Shown in pieces: positions 1 to 8,538 of a stretch of DNA of 40,486 nt (within the stretch, counting starts at the first letter, position 1; each line of letters starts with the position of its first letter). The stretch comes from a virus (lineage: Duplodnaviria; Heunggongvirae; Uroviricota; Caudoviricetes). The translations under genes and the position numbers were made by a program. Location: positions 1-40,486 of IMG/VR virus record IMGVR_UViG_2563366903_000009. One strand, 5' to 3'. The notes beneath the pieces are model-generated. The model was not told the DNA's origin, did not search any database, and was given only the letters and a program-made list of their open reading frames with translations.

Positions 1-899
1 TCCCACTGCTCACGTGCTGCCCGAATTTCCTGAACTGCCCGTGATGCGGTGCCACCTGGTGCTGCTGCATGGTTTACCCCCTTGCTGACTGGTTTTACCT
101 GTGCCCTGACGTGCTGCACGTGGCGGGCAAATTTCTGCTCCCACTGAACCTGCGTGAAAACCTTCCCCTCCGCCATCCAGTAATCCCGGAATGCGGCAAG
201 CTCTGCAGGTGTAAATTCCGGCTCAGGCAGAGCCATACCCCACACTGCTGCCCGTTGTCGAAAATCCGACGACGGCTGCCAGACAGTAGTCATCGAAAAT
301 TTCCCGATCGGTTCGCTCAGGCCGTCCAGGTATTCAGGTTCGGCTGTCTGCAACGGCGCACCATGCGACTCACCGGTTGGAGCACTCTCGCGCATGCGCG
401 CGTTATGTGTGGGGTTTAATTCTGTATCTGTATCTTTATCTGTCGTGACTTGTCGTGACGGATGCGTGACACGTCGTGACTCATCGTGACAATCAGCATC
501 ATATTTCCGCAGCTTTTCGCGCTCCCGCTGCGCTCTCTTGCGCTCTGCCGGGGATTTTGCCGTTTGCGAAACGTTACCATTGTCCTCTTTCAGCACCTGA
601 CGTTTTTCCCATCCGGAAATAAGGTCACCATCCAGAACCCGCCCCTGCATTGCATGCAAAATTGAATCAATTACGTCTTCCGTCACATCAAGCGCACTTG
701 CTAAATCTTCCGTCGTGACATCAATGTGACCACGTAGTGACACGCCGTGACATGTCGTGACATTTCGTGACGCACTCACCAGAAGGTGGATATACACCGC
801 CATCACTGTTGCGATTGGCTGTCCTGAGACCCTGGCAATGGTTCGCCATTTGGGATCATTTGGCATGTCATGCCACAATCTGAGCCAGGCATTAGCCAT
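1..899 (-). CDS. Phage replication initiation protein, lambda O-like/YdaU-like (partial, runs off window start)
   Basis: Hand translation of minus strand from ATG at 899-897 (RBS GAGGTGAG upstream) gives MANAWLRLWHDMPNDPKWRTIARVSGQPIATVMAVYIHLLV... open for 299 codons to position 3. Absent from the ORF track, consistent with a run-off ORF. Two iteron clusters lie inside the coding sequence, as in lambda O. Confidence 0.55.
   Translation of the reverse strand, partial: MANAWLRLWHDMPNDPKWRTIARVSGQPIATVMAVYIHLLVSASRNVTTCHGVSLRGHIDVTTEDLASALDVTEDVIDSILHAMQGRVLDGDLISGWEKRQVLKEDNGNVSQTAKSPAERKRAQREREKLRKYDADCHDESRRVTHPSRQVTTDKDTDTELNPTHNARMRESAPTGESHGAPLQTAEPEYLDGLSEPIGKFSMTTVWQPSSDFRQRAAVWGMALPEPEFTPAELAAFRDYWMAEGKVFTQVQWEQKFARHVQHVRAQVKPVSKGVNHAAAPGGTASRAVQEIRAAREQW
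441..490. repeat. Iteron cluster A: five direct repeats with core CGTGAC at 10-11 bp spacing
   Basis: CGTGAC at 444-449, 454-459, 465-470, 475-480, 485-490; adjacent AT-rich stretch 421-440 (tctgtatctgtatctttatc). Confidence 0.6.
711..771. repeat. Iteron cluster B: six direct repeats with core GTGAC at 10-11 bp spacing
   Basis: GTGAC-containing units ending at 719, 730, 741, 751, 761, 771; same core as cluster A, about 220 bp away, inside the same ORF. Confidence 0.6.
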
Positions 900-967
900 A
901 CTCACCTCATCTGATACCGAACTTTACCCTCGAATATCCGGAAGAAATCCGGCATGAATATTGTTGG

Positions 968-1393
968 TCAATGCACGACAACAGCATTACCAGGCTGACC
1001 ACCACTGTTAGTCAGGGTGCCCCAGGCGATCGCCGCTGCGACAAAATCATCCACATCTTTCACCAGCCGATCCCTCCGTTCGACGATCTCACGGTAATAT
1101 TCAGAGCTGTGACTGCGCATACGGGCCACCAGCAGAGGCGGCATTGCCTTTTCGATCGCCGGTAACAGAGCCTGAATTTTTTCAACAGCATCAGGGGTGT
1201 CTTTATCCAGCCAACGGAAAATTTTCTGGGTATTACGAGCCAGGGCTTCCGGATGGCTGTCGTCGTACAGTTCCGGGAACGTCATTCCCAGCTCGAAATA
1301 CGCTTTGGTAATTTTCGCAGCCGGTACTTTTTCGCCGTCCGGATGCGCCCAGACATTCATCGCCATGCGGATGTGTTCATGCTTGATTTTCAT
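968..1393 (-). CDS. YdaT-like protein (gene in the cII position downstream of the Cro-like gene)
   Basis: 141-aa ORF MKIKHEHIRMAMNVWAHPDGEKVPAAKITKAYFELGMTFPELYDD...; overlaps the upstream YdaS-like gene by 17 nt, as in Rac-type ydaS-ydaT pairs. Family assignment from position and recall, not a search. Confidence 0.5.
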   Translation of the reverse strand: MKIKHEHIRMAMNVWAHPDGEKVPAAKITKAYFELGMTFPELYDDSHPEALARNTQKIFRWLDKDTPDAVEKIQALLPAIEKAMPPLLVARMRSHSSEYYREIVERRDRLVKDVDDFVAAAIAWGTLTNSGGQPGNAVVVH

Positions 1394-1658
1394 GAATCAA
1401 GCTCCTAGAAAGTGGTTGTGTTAACGTTTTGGTATCTTCCAGCTCGGGCCAAATATTCATCCAATCAAAAGGCCTTAGTTGCTGACGTGTAACTTCACCA
1501 TTACTGGCTCGCTCAATAAGGACACATAACGATGCCCCTAACACTTGACCTTTACTCAATGCTTTTCTTAGATAACCGATGCTGGTACCACACTCGCATG
1601 CAAACATACGCTGTTCATCTGACGAAAGAGAATTGAGAAATATTCTTAATTCTTCCAT
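1377..1658 (-). CDS. YdaS-family Cro-like HTH regulator
   Basis: 93-aa ORF with HTH-like segment CECGTSIGYLRKALSKGQ and C-terminal motif QQLRPFDWMNIWPEL typical of the YdaS family; divergent from the repressor gene. Confidence 0.65.
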   Translation of the reverse strand: MEELRIFLNSLSSDEQRMFACECGTSIGYLRKALSKGQVLGASLCVLIERASNGEVTRQQLRPFDWMNIWPELEDTKTLTQPLSRSLIHENQA

Positions 1659-1758
1659 AGCTACTCCTTAGTAAACACAGCAAAGAATACCCGCAGGTAA
1701 ACAAAAGTCAATACCCACAGGTTGTTTACCTTACGGTAATCGCATCTATTATTTACCT
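1659..1758. promoter_or_regulatory. Divergent repressor/Cro intergenic region with operator-like repeats
   Basis: Direct repeats ACCCGCAGGT (1689-1698) and ACCCACAGGT (1713-1722); inverted pair GGTAAACAA (1696-1704) / TTGTTTACC (1722-1730). Sits between divergent HTH genes. Confidence 0.4.
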
Positions 1759-2178
1759 ATGGACAAATATGAATTTAGACGACAGCAACTCATCAAAATT
1801 CGTGATGAGAAATGCGATGGTAAAGCGGTTAACGTGGCCAGAAAGATCGGGCGCGAGCCTTCTTATGTATCAAGAATGTTGTACCCAGAGGGGAAAAAGG
1901 GAAAAAAACGGATCGCTGATGATATGGTGGAGATTATCGAAGAGTCCTTTGGGTTACCCCGGGGATGGATGGATGGTATCGTTTCATCATCAACGAACAC
2001 AGCCTCCAGTTATGAAACAAGGGTTCTAACGCCACGACAACGTATTTTTTTAGATCTCTTAGACGAACTGCCAGAAAGTGAAGCGGATAAATTATTAAAA
2101 ACTCTTGAAGAGAAAAAACAGTATTACAATATGATCTACGAAGAAATCCGTAAAAAGAAAGCACAAAACGCATCATAG
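1759..2178 (+). CDS. Prophage repressor-like HTH protein (CI/RacR position, no peptidase domain evident)
   Basis: 139-aa ORF MDKYEFRRQQLIKIRDEKCDGKAVNVARKIGREPSYVSRMLY...; divergent from the Cro-like gene and co-oriented with the early-left genes, xis and int. Confidence 0.55.
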   Translation: MDKYEFRRQQLIKIRDEKCDGKAVNVARKIGREPSYVSRMLYPEGKKGKKRIADDMVEIIEESFGLPRGWMDGIVSSSTNTASSYETRVLTPRQRIFLDLLDELPESEADKLLKTLEEKKQYYNMIYEEIRKKKAQNAS

Positions 2179-2220
2179 CTCACCAAACAACTAGTCACCA
2201 GTTAAGACACCGCAAAAATT

Positions 2221-2257
2221 TACCCATAGGTATTTACTTTTTGAATACCTATGGGTA
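2221..2257 (+). promoter_or_regulatory. 14-bp perfect inverted repeat with 9-nt spacer, followed by a T-rich tract; candidate terminator or operator
   Basis: TACCCATAGGTATT (2221-2234) tacttttttg AATACCTATGGGTA (2244-2257), then TCCTTCTTTTCAT. Lies 43 bp after the repressor stop. Confidence 0.4.
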
Positions 2258-2442
2258 TCCTTCTTTTCATACCAACCCACCCCGCCCCACAGAATGCAGG
2301 GCAATACTTCGAGTTACCCGGCAGTGGTCAGGGGTTAAGTAGCCAGCCCGAGGCGTATGAACATGACGGCGGGAACACTTTGTATAACAGCGCAGCAGGT
2401 TTTTGTTCCGCTACCCCGGCGTTAAGGGGAAATGAGGTCAGC

Positions 2443-2595
2443 ATGGATACTATCGAGCTTGGCAACAGCGAATCTCTGGTATGCGGCGTGTTTCCCAACC
2501 AGTACGGCACGTTTACCGCGATGACGTATACCAAAAGTAAAACGTTTAAAACCGAAGCTGGCGCGCATCGCTGGTTAGCAAGAAACTCCGACTGA
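2443..2595 (+). CDS. Small early-left protein, 50 aa (YdaF-like by recall)
   Basis: ATG at 2443 preceded by GAGG (2434-2437); product MDTIELGNSESLVCGVFPNQYGTFTAMTYTKSKTFKTEAGAHRWLARNSD. The longer track ORF from 2251 has no RBS. Confidence 0.45.
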   Translation: MDTIELGNSESLVCGVFPNQYGTFTAMTYTKSKTFKTEAGAHRWLARNSD

Positions 2596-2606
2596 TGAGG
2601 TTGACG

Positions 2607-3008
2607 ATGGAATTTAAAGATTTACCAGTACCATTCCAGGAAATGGCATCGAATGTGGTTCGCTCTCAACTGGCGACTCTTGACCTGAGTACCGTAGAAA
2701 AAGAAACCATCGATACTATATCCGGTAACGTGCGTCGTGCCTTTATAGGTCTGTATGAAGAGAAGCGCCTATTCGGCGGACAGAATTCGCCTGAAAACAA
2801 GAATCAAGCAAATGATGAGAAGCTGAAACACATTATCGCCTTACTTTTGGAAGACGCAAAACGTCTACAGCAACTGGAACCAAATGCAGGCACAGAGGCC
2901 CGCATTTGGATTGCCATGAAATCACTCAAATGTGAAAGCAGTGATTATTTCAAAACAACAATTAAAACTACTCAACTTTCGGGAGAGCTACTGAAGAAAT
3001 TGCCATAA
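2607..3008 (+). CDS. Hypothetical early-left protein
   Basis: ORF 2595-3008; ATG at 2607 (MEFKDLPV...) has GAGG 7 nt upstream; abuts the previous gene. Confidence 0.5.
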   Translation: MEFKDLPVPFQEMASNVVRSQLATLDLSTVEKETIDTISGNVRRAFIGLYEEKRLFGGQNSPENKNQANDEKLKHIIALLLEDAKRLQQLEPNAGTEARIWIAMKSLKCESSDYFKTTIKTTQLSGELLKKLP

Positions 3009-3252
3009 GAGCATGGTCTTTCTCTTGTTCTGCAAGATGAGCATTAATACCTGGTATGGTTTTTTCAAATTTATCTATCTGTTGAATAACAACTTCGCGG
3101 TATACGTTTGTTTTTGTACCACCAAGCGCAGCCGTTAATGCAGAAAGCATATTTAGTATCATATCAGTACGATATGAAAAGAATCCTGATAGCTTCATCT
3201 TGTTTTTCAATAATAGATTGCAGGGCCTCAATTTGCTTTTTATCCATTTCAC
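2968..3252 (-). CDS. Hypothetical protein on opposite strand (sieB-like position); start uncertain
   Basis: Track ORF begins at GTG. An AGGAGG at 3258-3263 precedes an out-of-frame 27-codon ORF (MDKKQIEALQSIIEKQDEAIRILFISY) whose stop lies 1 nt before an in-frame ATG (MILNML..., 3162). Converges on and overlaps the previous gene by about 40 bp. Confidence 0.3.
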   Translation of the reverse strand: MKWIKSKLRPCNLLLKNKMKLSGFFSYRTDMILNMLSALTAALGGTKTNVYREVVIQQIDKFEKTIPGINAHLAEQEKDHALMAISSVALPKVE

Positions 3253-3808
3253 CCTCCTGAGGGTTGGTAATTAAGGAGTTCTCCACGGGTCAGGTGGAGT
3301 GCGTGCGCCGGACACGGGTGAGCATCCGGCACTGACAGTTTACTGAAAGGATATGTCCCTGAAAAGTCAGGGCATAACGCGAAAGCGCACGGCGAAATTG
3401 GTCTCTCTGTACGGTGTCGTTAAATTTAGTTCGACCGTGCACTTCCGGTTGTGGCACTCCGCGAAATGGCGCGGCGGTAAGTATGGCTGGGGTTTCCTCC
3501 ATTGCTCCAGAAAATGCACCGGGTTGTCAGGTTGACCATACGCTTAAGTGACAGCCCCGCCACAATACCCATGCGTAGTCTTTGGTGGCATCAGTTCTAC
3601 TCCGTGACTGCTCTGCCACCCTTTTTAAAGTGAATTTTGTGATGCGGTGAATGCGGCTATGCGCACGCGGAACAGTTAAAACCGTAAAGTGGTCTTTTAC
3701 GGGGCGTAACGGGCATCCTTCTGTATTCCGGCGTTAATTGTTAACTGGTTAACGTCACCTGGAGGCACCAGGCACTGCATCACAAAATTCATTGTTGAGG
3801 ACGCGATA

Positions 3809-3997
3809 ATGGAAACGTTATTACCAAACGTTAATACGTCTGAAGGTTGTTTTGATATTGGAGTTCTGCTCAGTAACCGGGAGTTTACTGAAGATGCCAT
3901 TAAGATGAGAAAATATGAACCTTATCTTCTCAATGATAATTCCATACTTTCCAGAATTGCCCTTCTTGAACTTGGTATTATCGGAGAACAGCAGTGA
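3809..3997 (+). CDS. Small hypothetical protein (62 aa)
   Basis: GAGGA 7 nt upstream of ATG; ATGA overlap with the next ORF suggests translational coupling; AT-rich neighbourhood. Confidence 0.45.
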   Translation: METLLPNVNTSEGCFDIGVLLSNREFTEDAIKMRKYEPYLLNDNSILSRIALLELGIIGEQQ

Positions 3998-4182
3998 CTT
4001 CAGCGTTTGCACTGATAATGACCGTTTTTCTTATAACGGGTGAGCCGCAGAATGTGATTACCGGAATTTATGACAGTAAGTCATCCTGCATTCAGGTAAG
4101 GGACGAACAAAAAATCCCCGGTGAATGCCTCCCGTTAAAAAAAGTATCGCTGTACCTGAATAACGAAACACCGGCTGGATAA
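3994..4182 (+). CDS. Small hypothetical protein with hydrophobic N-terminus (62 aa)
   Basis: Coupled to the upstream ORF; N-terminal SAFALIMTVFLITG looks like a TM or signal segment. Confidence 0.4.
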   Translation: MTSAFALIMTVFLITGEPQNVITGIYDSKSSCIQVRDEQKIPGECLPLKKVSLYLNNETPAG

Positions 4183-4274
4183 CCCGCCAGCCATATTAAC
4201 GCCATACCAACGGATTAAAAATGCCAGCAATGGCAGGAATTTGTTCATCCTTAAAATGGTTATGAGGTTTATCA

Positions 4275-6713
4275 ATGAACGCTGATAAAGAAGAAATTGC
4301 ACTATATTACGAAGCCAAAAATGACAAAGTCAGAAAACGCCTTGGGATTAAAGGTGGTTTTTACTGGCGCACAGCAAAAAAATTATCGGTTGCAATATCA
4401 CGCGGTGTTGCTGCAATGGACGATGCCGGATTTGACGAAGAGGATTTTAAAAAACCCATCCGCGTCCATTTACCCGTTGTGAATGACCTTCCACCGGAAG
4501 GTGTGTTTGATACTGAATTCTGCAACCGATACGAAAAAGGCGGAGAAGATGGTATCACAATGATATTTATAGCGCCCTCCCCCTCAGTTCAGGACAAACC
4601 AGCCAGCACTGACAATACCAACGTCAATGGCGAAGACATGGCTGAGATTGAGGATAATATGCTCCTGCCGATTTCCGGTCAGGAACTGCCCATTCGCTGG
4701 CTTGCGCAACATGGCAGCGAAAAACCGGTAACGCACGTTTCACGAGAAGAACTTCAGGCATTACATATCGCACGAGCTGAAGAACTACCGGCTGTTACTG
4801 GCCTGGCTATTTCCCACAACACAAAGCTGCTCGACCCGCTGGAGATTCGCGACCTTCACAAATTGGTACGCGACACTGACAAAGTTTTCCCTAATCCCGT
4901 TAATTCCAGTCTGGGGTTCATGACTGCTTTTTTCGAAGCATACCTGGACACTGACTATACCGATCGAGGTCTGCTGACAAAAGAGTGGATGAAAGGAAAT
5001 CGTGTTTCTCGCATCACCCGCACGGCTTCCGGTGCAAATGCCGGTGGCGGAAATAAAACCGATCGTAATCCTGACTTAGTACACACTCTCGATACTCTGG
5101 ATGTGGAGGCTGCAGCAGCCACGCTTCCGATGGATTTTAATATTTATGAAATTCCCGGGAGCGTTTATCGTCGCGCAAAAGAAATCGTCCTGAAAAAAGA
5201 AAGTCCGTTCAGGGAATGGTCCGCAGCACTTCGCGCAACCCCTGGTATCCTGGACTATTCCCGCGCAGCTATTTTTGCACTTATCCGAAGCGCCCACCCT
5301 GAGTTTTATCACTACCCGGGGCGCCTTCAGGGGTATATCAATGCCAACCTGACAGAAACTGATCACGAGAATCCCACAGCTGAAACGCTCATGGCTGCCC
5401 GGCATACACCGGAAAAAGATATCCTGGAAGAAATTAACGGCGGACTGGCTGCTGAGTGCAAAACAGAAGAAGAAAAAAATGATGAAGATAACCCGCAACC
5501 ATCTGGCGCAATGGCAGATGAACAGGCAACGGCTGAAACAATGGCAGCGGATACAGTTGAACATCATCAGGACCCGCAGCCGCTGGATGACAAGTCACAG
5601 GTAAAAGTTACCGCTGACGAAGTAAACAAAATTATGCAGGCAGCCAATATCAGCCAGCCTGACGCCGATAAGTTGCTTGCTGCCTCTCGCGGAGAATTTG
5701 TTGCAGGGATTAGCGACCCGAATGATCCGAAATGGGTAAAGGGGATTGAAACCCGCGATTCTGTAAACCAGAACCAGCAAGAATCGGAACAGAACGACCA
5801 GAAAGCGGAACAAAACAGCCCAAATGCGTTACAAAACGAGCCAGAAACGAAACAGCCTGAACCAGTGGCGCAACAGGAAGTGGAAAAAGTCTGCACCGCC
5901 TGCGGTCAGACCGGCGGCGGCAACTGCCCTGATTGTGGCGCGGTGATGGGCGACGCAACATACCAGGAAACATTCGATGAAGAGTATCAGGTTGAAGTTC
6001 AGGAAGATGATCCGGAGGAAATGGAAGGCGCTGAACATCCACACAAGGAGAATGCTGGCAGCGCTCAGGATCACGCCAGCGATAGTGAAACTGGCGAGAC
6101 GGCAGATCCCTTAATTACGGTGAACGGTCATCACGTTATCACATCCACCAGCAGGTTGTGGCACCATCTGATGATTGACCTTGAAACCATGGGAAAAAAT
6201 CCTGATGCCCCGATCATCTCAATAGGTGCAATATTTTTCGATCCGCAAACCGGAGATATGGGACCGGAATTTAGTAAGACTATCGATCTGGAAACTGCTG
6301 GCGGGGTCATTGATCGGGACACCATTAAATGGTGGCTTAAGCAATCACGCGAAGCGCAATCTGCCATTATGACCGATGAAATCCCGTTAGATGATGCACT
6401 GTTACAATTGCGGGAATTTATCGACGAAAACTCCGGTGAATTTTTTGTTCAGGTCTGGGGAAATGGAGCCAACTTCGACAACACGATTTTGCGCCGTTCA
6501 TACGAACGGCAGGGGATCCCCTGCCCGTGGAGTTACTACAACGATCGCGATGTACGCACAATCGTTGAGCTGGGGAAAGCCATAGACTTCGATGCCAGAA
6601 CTGCTACCCCATTCGAAGGTGAGCGCCATAATGCACTTGATGACGCCCGTTATCAGGCAAAATACGTTTCAGCTATCTGGCAAAAACTGATCCCGAGTCA
6701 GGCTGATTTTTAA
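4275..6713 (+). CDS. Exonuclease-like protein, 812 aa, with C-terminal DnaQ-like DEDDh 3'-5' exonuclease domain
   Basis: C-terminal motifs [29 protein letters not shown]; central acidic/Gln-rich linker and a Cys4 cluster ([16 protein letters not shown]); occupies the recE position before xis-int. Confidence 0.7.
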   Translation: MNADKEEIALYYEAKNDKVRKRLGIKGGFYWRTAKKLSVAISRGVAAMDDAGFDEEDFKKPIRVHLPVVNDLPPEGVFDTEFCNRYEKGGEDGITMIFIAPSPSVQDKPASTDNTNVNGEDMAEIEDNMLLPISGQELPIRWLAQHGSEKPVTHVSREELQALHIARAEELPAVTGLAISHNTKLLDPLEIRDLHKLVRDTDKVFPNPVNSSLGFMTAFFEAYLDTDYTDRGLLTKEWMKGNRVSRITRTASGANAGGGNKTDRNPDLVHTLDTLDVEAAAATLPMDFNIYEIPGSVYRRAKEIVLKKESPFREWSAALRATPGILDYSRAAIFALIRSAHPEFYHYPGRLQGYINANLTETDHENPTAETLMAARHTPEKDILEEINGGLAAECKTEEEKNDEDNPQPSGAMADEQATAETMAADTVEHHQDPQPLDDKSQVKVTADEVNKIMQAANISQPDADKLLAASRGEFVAGISDPNDPKWVKGIETRDSVNQNQQESEQNDQKAEQNSPNALQNEPETKQPEPVAQQEVEKVCTACGQTGGGNCPDCGAVMGDATYQETFDEEYQVEVQEDDPEEMEGAEHPHKENAGSAQDHASDSETGETADPLITVNGHHVITSTSRLWHHLMIDLETMGKNPDAPIISIGAIFFDPQTGDMGPEFSKTIDLETAGGVIDRDTIKWWLKQSREAQSAIMTDEIPLDDALLQLREFIDENSGEFFVQVWGNGANFDNTILRRSYERQGIPCPWSYYNDRDVRTIVELGKAIDFDARTATPFEGERHNALDDARYQAKYVSAIWQKLIPSQADF

Positions 6714-6784
6714 TGTTCAACCGTCGTCGGTTGCAATTGGTATTCTGCAACCGGCGTTCATCTGATGTAAGAGATAAAGAATCG

Positions 6785-7036
6785 ATGAGCGAAGTAATCA
6801 TGATCGTCTCTCCTGGCAAATGGGTATCCGAAGAGCAGTTAATTGCACTTAAAGGAATCAAAAAGGGAACGCTAAAAAAAGCCAGGGAAAAATCGTTTAT
6901 GGAAGGAAGGGAATATAAGCATGTCGCTCATGACGGTATGCCATGGGATAACAGTCCATGCTTTTACAACCTGGAAGAAATTGATCGCTGGATTGAGCGC
7001 CAGGCATCTGCAAGACCAAGACGTCATCTTGCTTGA
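6785..7036 (+). CDS. xis: Excisionase-like protein
   Basis: Small ORF immediately upstream of int (MSEVIMIVSPGKWVSEEQLIALKGIKKGTLKKAREKSFMEGREYKHV...); start chosen within track ORF 6713-7036. Confidence 0.55.
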   Translation: MSEVIMIVSPGKWVSEEQLIALKGIKKGTLKKAREKSFMEGREYKHVAHDGMPWDNSPCFYNLEEIDRWIERQASARPRRHLA

Positions 7037-7055
7037 CTAAAAGCAACACGAACCA

Positions 7056-8351
7056 ATGAGAGAAGCTGAAATGAAATATCCGACAGGCGTGGAAAACCAT
7101 GGAGGGAAATTACGTATCTGGTTTGTTTATAAAGGTGTAAGAGTCCGGGAAAATCTTGGGGTTCCTGACACAGCAAAAAACAGACGCATTGCAGGTGAGC
7201 TACGCGCCTCTGTTTGTTACGCAATAAAAACTGGCGCTTTCGACTATGCAAAACAGTTTCCCGCCTCACACAATCTGGAAAAATTTGGTGAGGCCCGACA
7301 AGATTTAACCATAAAAGAACTGGCTGAAAAATTTCTGGCACTGAAAGAAACTGAAGTCGCAAAAACGTCACTCAACACGTACCGTGCCGTCATCAAAAAT
7401 ATTCTGAGCATAATCGGTGAAAAAAATCTTGCATCATCGATTAATAAAGAAAAATTGCTGGCGGTACGTAAAGAGTTACTGACTGGATACCAGATCCCCA
7501 AAAGTAACTATATTGTTACACAACCAGGGAGATCGGCTGTTACCGTAAATAATTACATGACAAATCTTTACGCCGTGTTCCAGTTTGGTGTTGATAACGG
7601 TTATCTGGCAGACAATCCATTTAAGGGGATCTCACCATTAAAGGAGTCGAGAACCATCCCGGATCCACTTTCGCGGGAGGAGTTTATCCGCCTTATTGAC
7701 GCGTGCAGAAATCAGCAAGCCAAAAATTTATGGTGTGTTTCCGTTTATACTGGGATTCGCCCTGGTGAACTCTGTGCGCTTGGATGGGAAGATATAGATC
7801 TGAAAAATGGAACAATGATAATCAGAAGAAATCTGGCAAAAGACCGTTTTACAGTACCAAAAACACAGGCGGGAACCAATCGTGTGATTCACCTTATTAA
7901 GCCCGCAATCGACGCTCTCCGGAGTCAGATGGCACTAACGAGACTGAGCAAAGAGCATATCATCGATGTTCACCTCAGAGAATTCGGCAGAACAGAGAAA
8001 CAAAAATGTACCTTTGTTTTTCAACCTGAAGTGTCAGCGAAAGTAAAAAATTATGGTGACCATTTTACCGTTGACTCAATAAGGCAGATGTGGGACGCAG
8101 CGGTAAAGCGTGCCGGAATCCGCCATCGCAAATCGTATCAGTCGAGACACACTTATGCCTGCTGGTCGTTAACAGCAGGAGCTAACCCGGCATTCATTGC
8201 AAACCAGATGGGCCATGCAGATGCGCAAATGGTGTTTCAGGTGTACGGGAAATGGATGTCAGAAAATAATAATGCGCAGGTAACGCTGTTAAATACACAG
8301 TTAAGCGAGTTTGCCCCAACCATGCCCCATAACGAAGCAATGAAAAATTAA
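7056..8351 (+). CDS. int: Tyrosine site-specific integrase
   Basis: 431-aa ORF with phage-integrase C-terminal catalytic region (...HTYACWSLTAGANPAFIANQMGHADAQMVFQVYGKW...); last gene before the host junction. Alternative start at 7071. Confidence 0.85.
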   Translation: MREAEMKYPTGVENHGGKLRIWFVYKGVRVRENLGVPDTAKNRRIAGELRASVCYAIKTGAFDYAKQFPASHNLEKFGEARQDLTIKELAEKFLALKETEVAKTSLNTYRAVIKNILSIIGEKNLASSINKEKLLAVRKELLTGYQIPKSNYIVTQPGRSAVTVNNYMTNLYAVFQFGVDNGYLADNPFKGISPLKESRTIPDPLSREEFIRLIDACRNQQAKNLWCVSVYTGIRPGELCALGWEDIDLKNGTMIIRRNLAKDRFTVPKTQAGTNRVIHLIKPAIDALRSQMALTRLSKEHIIDVHLREFGRTEKQKCTFVFQPEVSAKVKNYGDHFTVDSIRQMWDAAVKRAGIRHRKSYQSRHTYACWSLTAGANPAFIANQMGHADAQMVFQVYGKWMSENNNAQVTLLNTQLSEFAPTMPHNEAMKN

Positions 8352-8370
8352 TTTAATATTTATCAAATAG

Positions 8371-8481
8371 TTAACACGCATGACTCTTGAAATCCATAAA
8401 TTCAAGCGCAGTGCCCAACCATCCCGATACTGCTGCTTTCACCAAATCCTTAGTACTTCTTTCGTGTTTTTCTATTATCAT
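8371..8481 (-). pseudogene. ydfJ: 5' fragment of an MFS transporter gene truncated at the prophage junction (ydfJ-like)
   Basis: Minus-strand translation MIIEKHERSTKDLVKAAVSGWLGTALEFMDFKSHAC*; the GWLGTALEFMDF segment resembles the N-terminal motif of metabolite:H+ symporters, then stops after 36 codons. Gene name inferred from K-12 gene order by recall. Confidence 0.4.
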
Positions 8482-8538
8482 AATGGTTATCTCTAAAAAA
8501 GAGGTAAGATGCGTACTACTTACTCGCCGTTATTGGTA

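Larger units (their letters stand above)
1..8390. mobile_element. Lambdoid prophage, integrase-proximal arm (partial; continues beyond window start)
   Basis: Contiguous phage gene order: replication gene with iterons, YdaT/YdaS-like genes, divergent repressor, early-left small genes, exonuclease-like gene, xis, int, then a truncated host gene at the junction. Right boundary approximate. Confidence 0.7.

Noticed and set aside
420-780. Short regularly spaced repeats considered as a possible CRISPR array
   Set aside because: Units are only 10-11 bp with no spacer-like unique segments and lie inside a coding sequence; they behave as iterons.
69-957. Plus-strand ORFs 69-419 and 757-957
   Set aside because: Antisense to the run-off replication initiator ORF on the minus strand; Cys/Arg-rich translations with no RBS.
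3290-3535. ORFs 3290-3502 (-) and 3353-3535 (+) as a kilR-like gene
   Set aside because: Mutually overlapping, GC-rich, Arg-rich translations without a properly spaced RBS; the region is treated as possibly non-coding.
5076-6367. Minus-strand ORFs inside the exonuclease-like gene
   Set aside because: Antisense to a long ORF that has clear C-terminal exonuclease motifs; no RBS and low-complexity composition.
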